A stretch of DNA of 57,142 bases from an uncultured bacterium (lineage in GTDB: Bacteria > Gemmatimonadota > Gemmatimonadetes > Gemmatimonadales > Gemmatimonadaceae), in contig CAXBQP010000012.1 of NCBI GenBank assembly GCA_963978095.1, positions 1-57,142 on the forward strand, in the 5' to 3' direction. Made by a program: the position numbers and the translations under genes. The notes under the pieces are model-generated. The model had not been told where the DNA came from, searched no databases, and saw only the letters and a program-made list of their open reading frames with translations. The number at the start of each line of letters is the position of its first letter. Positions within the stretch are counted from its first letter, which is position 1. This document shows positions 1 to 10,494 of the stretch, piece after piece.

Positions 1-857
1 GTCGCCGCAAGATTGAGGACGATCTCGTGCGCCGCCAGCGCCGCTGCACCGAACGTACCGATCACCAGCCCGCCGGCGGCGAACACCGCCACTTCGAGCC
101 ACTGCTGGAACGCGATCGGGAGCCCGAGCCGCACCATGCGCCACAAGGGCGCGGCGGCGAGGCTCGCGGGATCCCAGGGGCGTAACGTCGGGCGGAGCAC
201 GTCAAAGTCGACGACGACGATGATCGCAAGAGAGAGCCAGCGACAGATCGACGTGGAGATCGCGCTCCCTTCGGCGCCGAGCGCGGGGGCCCCGAGGTGG
301 CCGTAGATCAGCGCCCAGTTGAGCACCACATTCAGGAGATTGGCCCCGACGATGCTCGCCACGACCGCCTTCGAGCGACCCATCGCCTGGAGCGATTGGC
401 GCGCGACCACGAACAGGAAGCTCGGGAGCACGCCCGGAATCAGCAGCCGCAACACGGCACCGGTCACCGGCACGACGCCGGGTGGTTGATGCAGGCGTCG
501 GAAGAATCCCTCGCCGCCCCACAGCGCCATCGACATCACGAGAGTCGAGCACACCGCGAGGACAACGCCCCGTTGCACACCGCGACGCACTGCGGCGGAG
601 TCGCGGGCTCCAACTGCCTGCGAGACCACCGGGTCGAGCACGAGCAACAGGCCGAGTCCGAACAGGAAGAGATTCGACCAGTAGATGTGCCCAAGCGCCG
701 TGGCCGCAATGGCGTCGGCGGACACGCGCCCGACCATGGCGGTATCGACGACCCCCATGGTCATCAACCCCACCTGGGCAACGACAACAGGAGTGGCGAG
801 CCGGACCATCTCGCGGAGTTCGCCCCGCGTCGGTACGAGCTCGGCGAGGGAGGTCAT
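1..857 (-). CDS. MATE family efflux transporter (5' part; runs off window start)
   Basis: Not in ORF track (no stop in window). Manual translation MTSLAELVPTRGELREMVRLATPVVVAQVGLMTMGVVDTAMVGRVS...LGLPIAFQQWLEVAVFAAGGLVIGTFGAAALAAHEIVLNLAA is typical of NorM/MATE. Confidence 0.9.
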   Translation of the reverse strand, partial: MTSLAELVPTRGELREMVRLATPVVVAQVGLMTMGVVDTAMVGRVSADAIAATALGHIYWSNLFLFGLGLLLVLDPVVSQAVGARDSAAVRRGVQRGVVLAVCSTLVMSMALWGGEGFFRRLHQPPGVVPVTGAVLRLLIPGVLPSFLFVVARQSLQAMGRSKAVVASIVGANLLNVVLNWALIYGHLGAPALGAEGSAISTSICRWLSLAIIVVVDFDVLRPTLRPWDPASLAAAPLWRMVRLGLPIAFQQWLEVAVFAAGGLVIGTFGAAALAAHEIVLNLAA

Positions 858-867
858 CGCGATCCCG

Positions 868-2409
868 TCACTCCCACTCGATCGTGGCCGGGGGCTTGGA
901 ACTCACGTCGTACACCACGCGGTTCACTCCCTTCACCTCGTTGATGATCCGGCCGGAGATCCGCGCCAGCACATCGTACGGGAAAGGATACCAATCGGCC
1001 GTCATGCCATCGGTGCTCGTGACGGCTCGCAGAGCAATCGCGTTCTCGTAGGTGCGTCCGTCGCCCATCACGCCGACGGAGCGAACCGGGAGAAACACGG
1101 CGAAGGCCTGCCAAATGTCGTTGTACAGTCCGGCCGCACGAATCTCCTCGAGATAGATTGCGTCGGCCGCCCGCAACGTGTCGAGCTTCCGCTGATCAAC
1201 GGCGCCGAGTACGCGGATCGCGAGCCCCGGTCCGGGGAACGGATGACGCCCGACCATCTCCTCGGGAAGTCCGAGCTCGCGGCCGACGTTGCGCACTTCG
1301 TCCTTGAACAACTCACGCAGCGGCTCGATCAACGTGAACTTCATGTCGGCTTTGAGCCCGCCCACGTTGTGATGCGTCTTGATCGTGGCGCTTGGTCCGC
1401 CCTTGGCGCTCACGCTCTCGATCACGTCAGGGTACAGCGTTCCCTGCACCAGGAACTCGGCGTTCTCCCCGGCGCGGGCCGTGGCGGCCTCGAACACGTC
1501 GATGAAAGCGTGGCCGATAGCTTTGCGCTTGGCCTCTGGCTCATCGACACCGGCAAGGGCGCTCAGAAACCGTTCCTCGGCGCGCTCGGTCACGAGACGG
1601 ATGCCAAGGTGCTCGCCCATTGTGCGCTCGACCTGTTCGCGTTCGTGCAGACGGAGGAGCCCATTGTCCACGAAGACACAGGTGAGCTGATCGCCGATCG
1701 CTTTGTGGACGAGTGCGGCGGCCACACTCGAGTCCACGCCGCCGGACAGGCCGCAGATGACCTTCTTGTCCCCGACCATGGCACGGATCTTCGCGACTTC
1801 CTGCTCGATGAACGACCCCGGCGTCCAGTCCGGTTCGGCGTGACAGACACGGAACAGGAAGTTCTGGATGATCGCGGCGCCGCGCAGGGTGTGCGCGACT
1901 TCGGAGTGGAACTGGATCGCGTGGATCGGCTTGGTGGCATGCCGGAACCCTGCGACGATCCCGCCCGAGCTCGCCGTGCGGACGTACCCCGGCGGCGGCT
2001 CGTCGACGTGGTCGCCGTGGCTCATCCAGACCTGCGTCTCCTCGCCGGCCGCGAAGCCGTGGAAGAGACCGTCGGCTTCGTCCACCGTGACCATCGCCCG
2101 GCCGTACTCGCGGCCGCCGCCGGCGGCGACCACGCCCCCCTCGGTGTGCGTGATCCACTGGAGCCCGTAGCACACACCCAGGATCGGCGCGACATCGAGG
2201 ATCGCGCGATCGAACGTCGGGGCGCCCTCGTCGGTCACCGAGTTGGGGCCGCCGCTCAGGATGATCCCGGTCGGCTGCCACTCACGGATCCACTGGAGTG
2301 ACCGCGTGGGAGGATGGATCTCGCTATAGACACGCGCTTCGCGCACGCGGCGGGCGATCAGCTGCGTGAACTGACTGCCGCAATCGAGGATGAGGATCCG
2401 GGAGGTCAC
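868..2409 (-). CDS. guaA: GMP synthase (glutamine-hydrolysing)
   Basis: [50 protein letters not shown] start at 2409. Confidence 0.98.
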   Translation of the reverse strand: MTSRILILDCGSQFTQLIARRVREARVYSEIHPPTRSLQWIREWQPTGIILSGGPNSVTDEGAPTFDRAILDVAPILGVCYGLQWITHTEGGVVAAGGGREYGRAMVTVDEADGLFHGFAAGEETQVWMSHGDHVDEPPPGYVRTASSGGIVAGFRHATKPIHAIQFHSEVAHTLRGAAIIQNFLFRVCHAEPDWTPGSFIEQEVAKIRAMVGDKKVICGLSGGVDSSVAAALVHKAIGDQLTCVFVDNGLLRLHEREQVERTMGEHLGIRLVTERAEERFLSALAGVDEPEAKRKAIGHAFIDVFEAATARAGENAEFLVQGTLYPDVIESVSAKGGPSATIKTHHNVGGLKADMKFTLIEPLRELFKDEVRNVGRELGLPEEMVGRHPFPGPGLAIRVLGAVDQRKLDTLRAADAIYLEEIRAAGLYNDIWQAFAVFLPVRSVGVMGDGRTYENAIALRAVTSTDGMTADWYPFPYDVLARISGRIINEVKGVNRVVYDVSSKPPATIEWE

Positions 2410-2413
2410 GAGA

Positions 2414-2923
2414 TCAGAAATGCCACTTGGGGTCGGACAGCTTGAGGAACTCGACGTGCTTGGTGTCGAGATCGAGAACGGCGGCGGTTGGTGCGCCGTG
2501 CAGCCACCCACACGCCTCGCCGGGATTGATGATCAGGGTGTCGCCACGGGTCTTCATCGACTGCTGGTGCTCACTGCCATGGACCACGACGTGGTGCGCG
2601 TTGATGGAGCGCGACGTGGTGTCGCCGATATCATGCACGAGCAGGATCTTGTGATCCCCGATCGTCAGGCTGTGCGGCGACCCGAAGAGTTCATGTCCCA
2701 TCCCCTGCGCGGCGAAGGCTTTGAGCCCTTCCGGATCGCCGTCATTGCGTCCGAAGACCCCGGCCAGCGCCAGATGCGCGTCCTGGAAGGGCTTGAGCGA
2801 GAACGGTGAACAGAAATCGCCCGCATGCAGGACGAGCCCGACCCCGAGTTCCGTCATGCGACGCACCAGCTCCGCCACCGCGGGCACACGATCATGCGTG
2901 TCGGACATGAGACCGATCAGCAT
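2414..2923 (-). CDS. Metallophosphoesterase, YfcE/MJ0936 family
   Basis: SDTHD, HAGD, GRND, NPGE motifs. ATG overlaps lysA stop (TGATG). Confidence 0.88.
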   Translation of the reverse strand: MLIGLMSDTHDRVPAVAELVRRMTELGVGLVLHAGDFCSPFSLKPFQDAHLALAGVFGRNDGDPEGLKAFAAQGMGHELFGSPHSLTIGDHKILLVHDIGDTTSRSINAHHVVVHGSEHQQSMKTRGDTLIINPGEACGWLHGAPTAAVLDLDTKHVEFLKLSDPKWHF

Positions 2924-4206
2924 CAGGTATCCCTCCAGACAGGGTCGGACTGTTCGAGTCGCACGAGGTCGGCATACCGCTCCCGCGCGGTCACCACGGC
3001 GAACCGGGCTCCATCCACCATCACTTCGGCCGCGCGCGGCCGCGCGTTGTACGTGGAACCCATCACGTAGCCGTAGGCGCCGGCCGTGTGGACCGCGATG
3101 AGATCCCCCGGGGAAACATCGTCCATTTCTCGGTCGAGCGCGAGGAAGTCGCCGCTCTCGCACACCGGACCCACGACATCGAGCCGTGCCGTGGCGCCCG
3201 TGGGGCGTACCGCGTCGATCCGATGGAAGGCATCGTAATGTGACGGCCGCAACAGGTCGTTCATGCCCGCGTCGACGATGGCATAATCCTTTCCGCCGCT
3301 ATGCTTGCGATACAGCACCCGCGCGAGCATCACACCGCTCGCCGCGACGAAGAACCGTCCGGGCTCCACGAGCAACTCCGTGCCGGTATCGCGGGCGAGG
3401 GCGCCAACAATCTTGGCGTACCCGTCGAGATCCGGCTCCGGGTCGCCGCTCTGGTAACTCACCGGCAGACCACCGCCGACGTCCACGTAGCGCAACCGGG
3501 CGCCCGCCCTGGTCACGCGCGCCGCAAGCTCCGCGATCCGCTCCGCGCCCATGCGGTACGGCTCCACCGTGGCCAACTGCGACCCGAGATGCATGTCGAG
3601 CGCCGCGAGTTCGATGCCGGGCAAGCGCAAGGCGGCCTCTGCACATGGCATCGCGTCGTCCCACGGAATCCCGAACTTGTGCCCTTTGGCTCCCGTGGCG
3701 ATGTACGCGTGTGGGGTCTCCACCAGCACTTCCGGATTGATTCGCAAACCGACGGCGGCCGTCGCGCCCAACTCCTGTGCGATGCTCGACAACAACTCGA
3801 GCTCGGCCAACGACTCCACGTTGATCAACTTCACCCCGGCGAGCACGGCCTCCCTCAGCTCGAGCGCACTCTTGCCGACCCCGCCGAACAGCATATCGCC
3901 GCCGGCAAACCCGGCTTGCTGCGCCCGGTACAGCTCTCCCCCACTGACCACGTCAACGCCCGCCCCCAGCCCGCGCAACAGCGTCAACACCGCGCGGTTG
4001 CTGTTGGCCTTCAGGGTGAAGTGCAACCGATGCGGCACGCCCGCCAAGGCCGCCGACAGCACGCGATACCGCTCGCGAATCACCCTGGCACTGTACACGA
4101 AGGTGGGGGTACCGACCTCGCGCGCAATGCGCTCCGCCGACACCTCCTCACAGTGCAACGCGCCGTCGCGCGGCCCGAAGGCGGTGTCTAGTACGCCTTG
4201 GCCCAC
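2923..4206 (-). CDS. lysA: Diaminopimelate decarboxylase
   Basis: [38 protein letters not shown]. Probable GTG start inside the proS 3' end. Confidence 0.96.
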   Translation of the reverse strand: MGQGVLDTAFGPRDGALHCEEVSAERIAREVGTPTFVYSARVIRERYRVLSAALAGVPHRLHFTLKANSNRAVLTLLRGLGAGVDVVSGGELYRAQQAGFAGGDMLFGGVGKSALELREAVLAGVKLINVESLAELELLSSIAQELGATAAVGLRINPEVLVETPHAYIATGAKGHKFGIPWDDAMPCAEAALRLPGIELAALDMHLGSQLATVEPYRMGAERIAELAARVTRAGARLRYVDVGGGLPVSYQSGDPEPDLDGYAKIVGALARDTGTELLVEPGRFFVAASGVMLARVLYRKHSGGKDYAIVDAGMNDLLRPSHYDAFHRIDAVRPTGATARLDVVGPVCESGDFLALDREMDDVSPGDLIAVHTAGAYGYVMGSTYNARPRAAEVMVDGARFAVVTARERYADLVRLEQSDPVWRDT

Positions 4207-5660
4207 ACGACCTCGTGCTTCGCCGGCTCGCCGGTCACGATGCACCGGGTTGGCGCCTCGGCCGACCGGAACTCCGCATCGGGAATCACACGGATCGTGG
4301 CCTTGGTCTCCTCCTTCACGCGAGCCTCCACCGCTGGGTCACCGTTCCATCCGGCGTACACGAAGCCGCCGGGCCCATCGATGATCTCCTTGAACTGTTC
4401 GTACGATGTCACGTTCCGATGCGTGTTCGCCTCGCGGCGCGCCTTGGCCGCAGCGAAGAGGTCCTGCTGGATGGTCTCGAGCAGCGCAACCACCGATGCC
4501 GCCACCCCCTCGCGCGGAATCGCGGCCTTGGCACGCGTGTCGCGCCGGGCAGAGAAGACCGACCCCTTCTCCAGGTCCTTGGGCCCGAGCTCAAGCCGCA
4601 GCGGCACACCCTGCAACTCCCACTCGTAGTACTTGGCACCGGGCTTCAGCCCCTCACGCGCGTCGACATGCACGCGGAGCTTGTCATGCGCTCCGCGCCC
4701 CAGGTGATCCGTGAGCTCCGCCTTCAGCGCCATCGCAGCCTCCGTCAGGCGCCCGCGCTCTTCATCACTCTTCCAGATGGGGACGATCACCACTTCGATC
4801 GGCGCCAGTCGCGGTGGCGTGACGAGCCCGTTGTCGTCGCCATGCGTCATGATCAGCCCACCCACCATGCGTGTGCTCACGCCCCAACTGGTGTTCCACG
4901 CGTGCTCGATCTCGCCGGATTCGGCCTGGAACTTGAGCTCGAACGCCTTGGCGAAGTTCTGCCCGAGATTGTGCGACGTGCCGGCCTGCAGCGCCTTGTT
5001 GTCCTGCATCATCGCTTCGCACGAGTAGGTGCGCAGCGCGCCGGCGAACTTCTCGCTCTCGGTCTTCTGGCCGGTGACCACCGGCATCGCCATCCAATTC
5101 TCCATGAAATCGCGGTACACGCCGAGCATGCGACGCGTCTCCGCCTCGGCCTCATCATGCGTGGCGTGCGCCGTATGCCCTTCCTGCCAGAGGAACTCGA
5201 GCGTGCGCAGGAACAACCGCGTACGCATCTCCCAGCGGACCACGTTCGCCCACTGATTGATCAGCACGGGCAGATCGCGGTACGACTGGACCCACTTGGC
5301 GAACATGTGGTAGATGATCGTTTCGCTGGTAGGGCGCACGACCAGCGGCTCCTCGAGTTTCTTCCCGCCGCCATGCGTCACCACCGCACACTCGGGCGCG
5401 AACCCTTCGACGTGCTGCGCCTCCTTCTTCAGGAAGCTCTCGGGGATGAACAGCGGGAAATAGGCATTGCGATGCCCCGTCTCCTTGAACTTGTCATCGA
5501 GGGCGCGCTGCATGCGCTCCCAGATGCCATAGCCATTAGGACGGATCACCATCGATCCCTTCACCGGCGAGTAGTCGGCGAGCTCGGCGCGAATCACCAG
5601 TTCGTTGTACCATGCGCTGAAGTCGTCGGCGCGGGTCGTGAGCTTCTTGTCGTCGGCCAT
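4188..5660 (-). CDS. proS: Proline--tRNA ligase (archaeal/eukaryotic type, no INS editing domain)
   Basis: [41 protein letters not shown]-terminal AKAY. Confidence 0.98.
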   Translation of the reverse strand: MADDKKLTTRADDFSAWYNELVIRAELADYSPVKGSMVIRPNGYGIWERMQRALDDKFKETGHRNAYFPLFIPESFLKKEAQHVEGFAPECAVVTHGGGKKLEEPLVVRPTSETIIYHMFAKWVQSYRDLPVLINQWANVVRWEMRTRLFLRTLEFLWQEGHTAHATHDEAEAETRRMLGVYRDFMENWMAMPVVTGQKTESEKFAGALRTYSCEAMMQDNKALQAGTSHNLGQNFAKAFELKFQAESGEIEHAWNTSWGVSTRMVGGLIMTHGDDNGLVTPPRLAPIEVVIVPIWKSDEERGRLTEAAMALKAELTDHLGRGAHDKLRVHVDAREGLKPGAKYYEWELQGVPLRLELGPKDLEKGSVFSARRDTRAKAAIPREGVAASVVALLETIQQDLFAAAKARREANTHRNVTSYEQFKEIIDGPGGFVYAGWNGDPAVEARVKEETKATIRVIPDAEFRSAEAPTRCIVTGEPAKHEVVWAKAY

Positions 5661-7030
5661 CAGTCCGTCGGTCGTGAGGGGAGGCTACGGTCGATCCAAT
5701 CTTTGAGGGCCGCATAGGCGTGCGCGTCGCCCTCCAGCAGCGGGGCAGCGGCGAAGTAGTGCTTCGGCGCCTCGCTGATCTTGCCGAAGAGTCCCTGCAC
5801 CACCACCTGATCTTCACTGTCGAACGCGATCGCGGCACGGGCACCGGACTTGCGTGCTCCGTCGAGTTGATTGCGCGACGCCTGCGCCACGTACTTGTCG
5901 GCGCTCAGCGCGTAATCCACGCTCAACCCGGCACGACGGAGATGTCGGGCAAGCACGAGCGCGTCGGTGACGCCGTGGGCGAGGACACCATCGCCACCGA
6001 CGATATACACGTCCGCGGCACTCCCCGTCGACGCAGGAACGAGCCCCCGCTCCCTGAGCAGTTCGCCAAGCACGACATCGCCCATGCCGAAGCCGAGTGC
6101 CGGGAGATCGACCCCACCCAAGGCGTGAAGCAGGTTGTCGTAACGCCCACCGCCGCAAATGGCGCGCAGTTCGCCCTTGGCATCAAACAGCTCGAACACC
6201 GTACCGGTGTAGTAGGCGAGGCCCCGGACGATGGTCAAATCCAGATCGATCCACGCGCCGTTCCCGAGCGCGTGGAGATGGTCGAGGTAGCGGCCCAACC
6301 GTTCGAAGTGCGGGGCGAGCGACTCGGAATGCGCGAAGCGCTCGCGGAGATCGGCCAGCCTACCCGTCTCACCAAAGGACATCACGGCATCGATGGTCGT
6401 GGGCACCAGGCCGGCGGCGGCCATCTTGTCGATGGACACCTGATGCGGCTGTCGCGCGAACTTGTCGAGCACCGCGTAGACCGTCGGGAGCTGCGCCTCG
6501 GCGACCCCGATCTCCTCAAGCAGCGCGTTCAGCAGGCGACGATCCGACACCCGGGCGCGGACATCGTCTGGCCCCAGCCCCAACTCGCGCATGATGTCGA
6601 TCGCGACACTCAGCAGCTCGGCATCGGCCAGTTCGCTGGGCTCGCCGACGATATCGACGTTGAGCTGGAAGTGTTCGCGAAGTCTCCCGCGCTGCGCCCG
6701 CTCGTATCGGAAGAGCTGGGGCACCGAGAACCAGCGCACCGGCTTGCGGATGGCGTTCGCCCGCGCCGCAACCATGCGGGCGAAGGTCGGTGTCATCTCG
6801 GGGCGCAGGGTGACCTCGCGGCCGCCCTTGTCGACGAAGTTGTAGAGCTGGCCGACGATCTCGTCCCCGCTCTTCTTGGTGTACAGATCCAGCGGTTCCA
6901 GCGGGGGGCCGTCATACTCGACGAACGCATATCGACGCGCCACGCTCCGCCATGCACGGAAGATGTGGGCGCGCAGCGCGAACTCGTCTGGATAGAAGTC
7001 CCGGAATCCGGGTAAAGCGCCGGCAGCCAT
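5660..7030 (-). CDS. hisS: Histidine--tRNA ligase
   Basis: [45 protein letters not shown]. Confidence 0.97.
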   Translation of the reverse strand: MAAGALPGFRDFYPDEFALRAHIFRAWRSVARRYAFVEYDGPPLEPLDLYTKKSGDEIVGQLYNFVDKGGREVTLRPEMTPTFARMVAARANAIRKPVRWFSVPQLFRYERAQRGRLREHFQLNVDIVGEPSELADAELLSVAIDIMRELGLGPDDVRARVSDRRLLNALLEEIGVAEAQLPTVYAVLDKFARQPHQVSIDKMAAAGLVPTTIDAVMSFGETGRLADLRERFAHSESLAPHFERLGRYLDHLHALGNGAWIDLDLTIVRGLAYYTGTVFELFDAKGELRAICGGGRYDNLLHALGGVDLPALGFGMGDVVLGELLRERGLVPASTGSAADVYIVGGDGVLAHGVTDALVLARHLRRAGLSVDYALSADKYVAQASRNQLDGARKSGARAAIAFDSEDQVVVQGLFGKISEAPKHYFAAAPLLEGDAHAYAALKDWIDRSLPSRPTD

Positions 7031-7035
7031 CCCGC

Positions 7036-7041
7036 AATTTA
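7036..7041 (-). promoter_or_regulatory. Putative -10 box (TAAATT) 5 nt before hisS ATG, leaderless-type
   Basis: Minus strand gggTAAATTgcgggATG. Overlaps the folC stop codon, no SD. Confidence 0.45.
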
Positions 7042-8322
7042 CCCTTCGGTAGGGCTGACCTCCAGCCGCGCCATCGCATCCCCCACCGTGTGGAAGGATC
7101 CGGTGACCACCACGGTCGTCCCTTCTTCGCTCCCCCGGACCAGCGCACGGTCGAAATCCCGGATGACCTCCGCTGAAATCCCGCGGGACACCGCATACGC
7201 CAGGGGCTCTGGAATGTCCCACGCCCGGCTGGGCGGAGCAGTCGGCGCGTTCGTCAAAATTACATGATCCACCACGGGCTGCAGCTCCCGAAGGATCCCA
7301 CGCCAGTCCTTGTCGGCGAGGACGCTGAGGACGGCGACCACCGGCCCCGGCGGGCGAACGGCCGCGAGGGTTCTGGCTAACACCCCCGCCCCGTCCGGAT
7401 TATGGGCGACATCAAAGATGTAGCGCCCGACCCGCTGGAAGCGCCCCGGGAGGTGAACCCGTCCCAATCCGACCTCCACCTCCCGCTCCGTGGGACGAAA
7501 CGGCTCCGGCAGGAGGTCGAGCATGGTCAGCGCGACGGCCGCGTTGGAGGCCTGGTGCGCCCCCAGCAAGGGGGTCCTGAGGCGGCGCCCGAAGGCGGGG
7601 AGGTCAAACGAGGTCCCTTCCGGCCCGACGTCGACGCCGAGCGGCCCCCCCTGGTCGTATACCGGCCGGACCGGCGTCGCGCCACGATCGTGTGCCAGAC
7701 GGGTCAGCAACGCCCGAATCGCTCCCTCCGGCTCGCCGATCACCGCCGGGGTCGCGGATTTGAAGATCCCAGCCTTCTCCACGGCGATCTGCTCCCGCGT
7801 TCCCCCGAGGTATTCCACGTGGTCGATCCCGATGGTGGTCACCCCCGCCACCAGCGGGGCAACGACGTTCGTCGCGTCCAGGCGGCCGCCAAGCCCGGTC
7901 TCGATGACGGCCACGTCCACCTGCGCCTCGGCGAAGAACTCAAACGCCATCGCCGTCGTCGCCTCAAAGAACGTGGCGCCCAAGCGCTCGACCTCGGGCG
8001 TATGACGGTCAATGAACGCCACAATCCGATCCGGGGAGACGGGAGCCCCGTCGATCAAGAACCGCTCTCGGAAGTCGACCAGGTGCGGCGACGTGTACTT
8101 GGCGACGCGGAGCCCCTTTGCCCGCAGCACCGCCTCGACGGTGGCGCAGACGCTCCCCTTGCCATTGGTTCCCGCCACATGGATGGTCGGCACACGACGA
8201 TGCGGATCGCCGAGCACGCGGAGGAACCCCTCGACGCGGTCCAGCCCCAATCGCCAAACACCGGTCGTACGCGCATACAGGAAATCCAGCGCGTCGCCGT
8301 AGGTCTTCAGGCCGACGCCCAC
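7039..8322 (-). CDS. folC: Folylpolyglutamate synthase/dihydrofolate synthase
   Basis: HVAGTNGKGS, YTSPHL, ETGLGGRLDATN, DVAHNP, TGSFH. Confidence 0.96.
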   Translation of the reverse strand: MGVGLKTYGDALDFLYARTTGVWRLGLDRVEGFLRVLGDPHRRVPTIHVAGTNGKGSVCATVEAVLRAKGLRVAKYTSPHLVDFRERFLIDGAPVSPDRIVAFIDRHTPEVERLGATFFEATTAMAFEFFAEAQVDVAVIETGLGGRLDATNVVAPLVAGVTTIGIDHVEYLGGTREQIAVEKAGIFKSATPAVIGEPEGAIRALLTRLAHDRGATPVRPVYDQGGPLGVDVGPEGTSFDLPAFGRRLRTPLLGAHQASNAAVALTMLDLLPEPFRPTEREVEVGLGRVHLPGRFQRVGRYIFDVAHNPDGAGVLARTLAAVRPPGPVVAVLSVLADKDWRGILRELQPVVDHVILTNAPTAPPSRAWDIPEPLAYAVSRGISAEVIRDFDRALVRGSEEGTTVVVTGSFHTVGDAMARLEVSPTEG

Positions 8323-9170
8323 CCGGTGGCCGCGGGTTTCCCGCTCATGTGCCGCAACAGTTGCCCCACGGTCTGCTTCATCCGGTGCCGGTGGACCACG
8401 CAGTCTACCATGCCATGGTCCAGGAGGAATTCCGCCGTCTGAAATCCCTCGGGGAGGTCTTGCCCTAGGGTCTGCTTGATCACTCGCGGCCCCGCGAACC
8501 CGATCACTGCTCCGGGCTCCGCCAGAATGGCGTCACCGAGCATCGCGAAGCTCGCACTCACGCCGCCCGTGGTGGGGTTCGAAAGAATGGACACGTAGGG
8601 GATCCCCCGTTCCGCGAGCTGCGACAGCACGACCGACGTTTTCGCCATCTGCATGAGCGAGAGTACCCCCTCCTGCATCCGGGCGCCTCCGGACGCCGAG
8701 ATCACGATCAATGGGAACTTCTTCTCGAGGCTGCGTTGCCCGAGCCGGGCAATCTTTTCCCCGACCACCGAGCCCATGGACCCCCCCATGAAGGCAAAAT
8801 CCATGATGGCAAGGTTCACGGGCATCTGATCCATCGTCCCGGTGACCGTGAGAATCGCGTCGCCGTCCCCGGCATTGGACCGGGCCTTCTTCAAACGGGC
8901 CGGATAGTCCGGGAAACCAAGTGGATCCTTGGAGCGCAGATCCTCCTCGGTCTCCTCGATCGTCCCGTCGTCGAGCAGGATCCGGGCGAAATCGATCGCG
9001 CGCAGGCGCCGGTGGAAATCGCAGCTCGGACACACGTTGCAGTTCTTGACGAACTTCTCACGGATATCCGTATGGCCGCACGACTCGCACTTCTCCCACA
9101 CATCGGCGGGAATCTCGAGGCGTTCGGCGCGCGGCTTGCGCGGTTTCTTTTCTTTCCGGAACCAGGCCAT
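8307..9170 (-). CDS. accD: Acetyl-CoA carboxylase carboxyltransferase beta subunit
   Basis: Zn finger CESC...CPSC, FMGGSMG, SGGARMQEG, GFAGPRVI. Confidence 0.97.
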   Translation of the reverse strand: MAWFRKEKKPRKPRAERLEIPADVWEKCESCGHTDIREKFVKNCNVCPSCDFHRRLRAIDFARILLDDGTIEETEEDLRSKDPLGFPDYPARLKKARSNAGDGDAILTVTGTMDQMPVNLAIMDFAFMGGSMGSVVGEKIARLGQRSLEKKFPLIVISASGGARMQEGVLSLMQMAKTSVVLSQLAERGIPYVSILSNPTTGGVSASFAMLGDAILAEPGAVIGFAGPRVIKQTLGQDLPEGFQTAEFLLDHGMVDCVVHRHRMKQTVGQLLRHMSGKPAATGWASA

Positions 9171-9176
9171 CGTTGC

Positions 9177-9205
9177 AAGATGCGCGCGGAACGGACCGTG
9201 GGCAA
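9177..9205 (-). promoter_or_regulatory. Putative sigma70 promoter of accD (leaderless)
   Basis: TTGCCC-17 nt-CATCTT-6 nt-ATG. Confidence 0.55.
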
Positions 9206-9246
9206 GAACGTCGCCCCGCGCTGCCTCCCTTGACAGGGCCGTCGGC

Positions 9247-10494
9247 TCAGCTCACCAGCGCATCGGCCGGTCCTCGCCCTTCGGCCGAGAGTCGAACCAG
9301 GATGCCCACGGCAATCCACGACGCCAGCAGGAATGAGCCGCCGTAGCTGAAAAATGGCAGCGGAATGCCGGTGATCGGCATCAGATTGAGCGTCATTCCC
9401 ACATTCTCGATCAGGTGCGTGATCCAGATGGATACCAGACCGAAGGCGACGAGACTCGAGTAGCGGTCGGTGGCGCGCGCGGCCACACGTGTGCACCGGA
9501 GAAACAGCACGAGGAACAGCCCCAGCGCGAGCGTCACCCCGATGAACCCCAGTTCTTCCCCCACCACGGACCAGATGAAATCCGTATGTTGCGCCGGAAG
9601 AAAGGCGAGCCGCTTTTGCGTGCCCTCGGTGAATCCCTTGCCCAGCCAGCCCCCGGACCCGATCGCGACCTGAGATTGAATCACGTGGTAGCTGGCCCGC
9701 AGTGGATCCGCCGACGGGTCCAAGAAGACCTTGAGCCTCCCCTGCTGATAGGGATTCAGCTTGTCCCACAGCAGTGGCGCGGCGACACCGAACGCGAGGT
9801 TGGCGATGACCACCGCCACCCCCTCCACGACCTCGGGTTTGTACCAGAGCACCAACGCCAGAATCAGCAGGAACCATGCCCCCCAGAGCCCCGTGTTGAA
9901 CGCGAGCACCAGGCTGATCACGGGACTCGCCAGCAGCGTGAGGAGTTGCCAGGAGACGCCCCGCCAGAACAACATGGCAAAGTATATCCCGGCAAACACG
10001 ATGCCCGTCCCGAGATCAGGCTGCAGCATGATCAACAGCCACGGCACGCCGACCACGAGCCCCGAAGGCCACAGATCCACCAGCGCATCCGGCGCTTCCT
10101 TCCGGTCGGACAACACGCGCGCGAGCATCAACACGACGGTGAGCTTCGCGACTTCCGACGGCTGCCCCAGCTTCACTCCCCCGATCGCCAACCAACTGTG
10201 ATTGTTGCTCGCCCCCAACCCGCCTTTCCCGATGAAGATCAAGACGAGGAGCACGACACACGTCGCCGCGTACGCGGGCACGGTCAGGAAGTCGAGCACC
10301 CGCGAGGAGGCTCGGCTCGTGATCCACGCTGCGGCCAACCCGAGTACGAGCCAGGTGAGTTGTTGCCGCCACAAGTTCGCCACGGCGGTGGGATAGTCGG
10401 TCTGCCCGGCCGAATAGACCATCGCGATCCCGAACGCCGAGAGCAGGAGCGCCACGATCACCAAGGGATAGTCGGGGCGTCGGTCGCGCCTCAC
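9247..10494 (-). CDS. rodA: Rod shape-determining protein RodA (SEDS family)
   Basis: QPSEVAK, QPDLGT, QSQVAIGSGG, HTDFI, GIPLPFFSYGGS. GTG overlaps mrdA stop. Confidence 0.95.
   Translation of the reverse strand: MRRDRRPDYPLVIVALLLSAFGIAMVYSAGQTDYPTAVANLWRQQLTWLVLGLAAAWITSRASSRVLDFLTVPAYAATCVVLLVLIFIGKGGLGASNNHSWLAIGGVKLGQPSEVAKLTVVLMLARVLSDRKEAPDALVDLWPSGLVVGVPWLLIMLQPDLGTGIVFAGIYFAMLFWRGVSWQLLTLLASPVISLVLAFNTGLWGAWFLLILALVLWYKPEVVEGVAVVIANLAFGVAAPLLWDKLNPYQQGRLKVFLDPSADPLRASYHVIQSQVAIGSGGWLGKGFTEGTQKRLAFLPAQHTDFIWSVVGEELGFIGVTLALGLFLVLFLRCTRVAARATDRYSSLVAFGLVSIWITHLIENVGMTLNLMPITGIPLPFFSYGGSFLLASWIAVGILVRLSAEGRGPADALVS

Noticed and set aside
1890..1925. GuaA QFHSEV instead of HPE
   Set aside because: Catalytic His and Glu and the nucleophilic Cys are retained, so this is a minor substitution.
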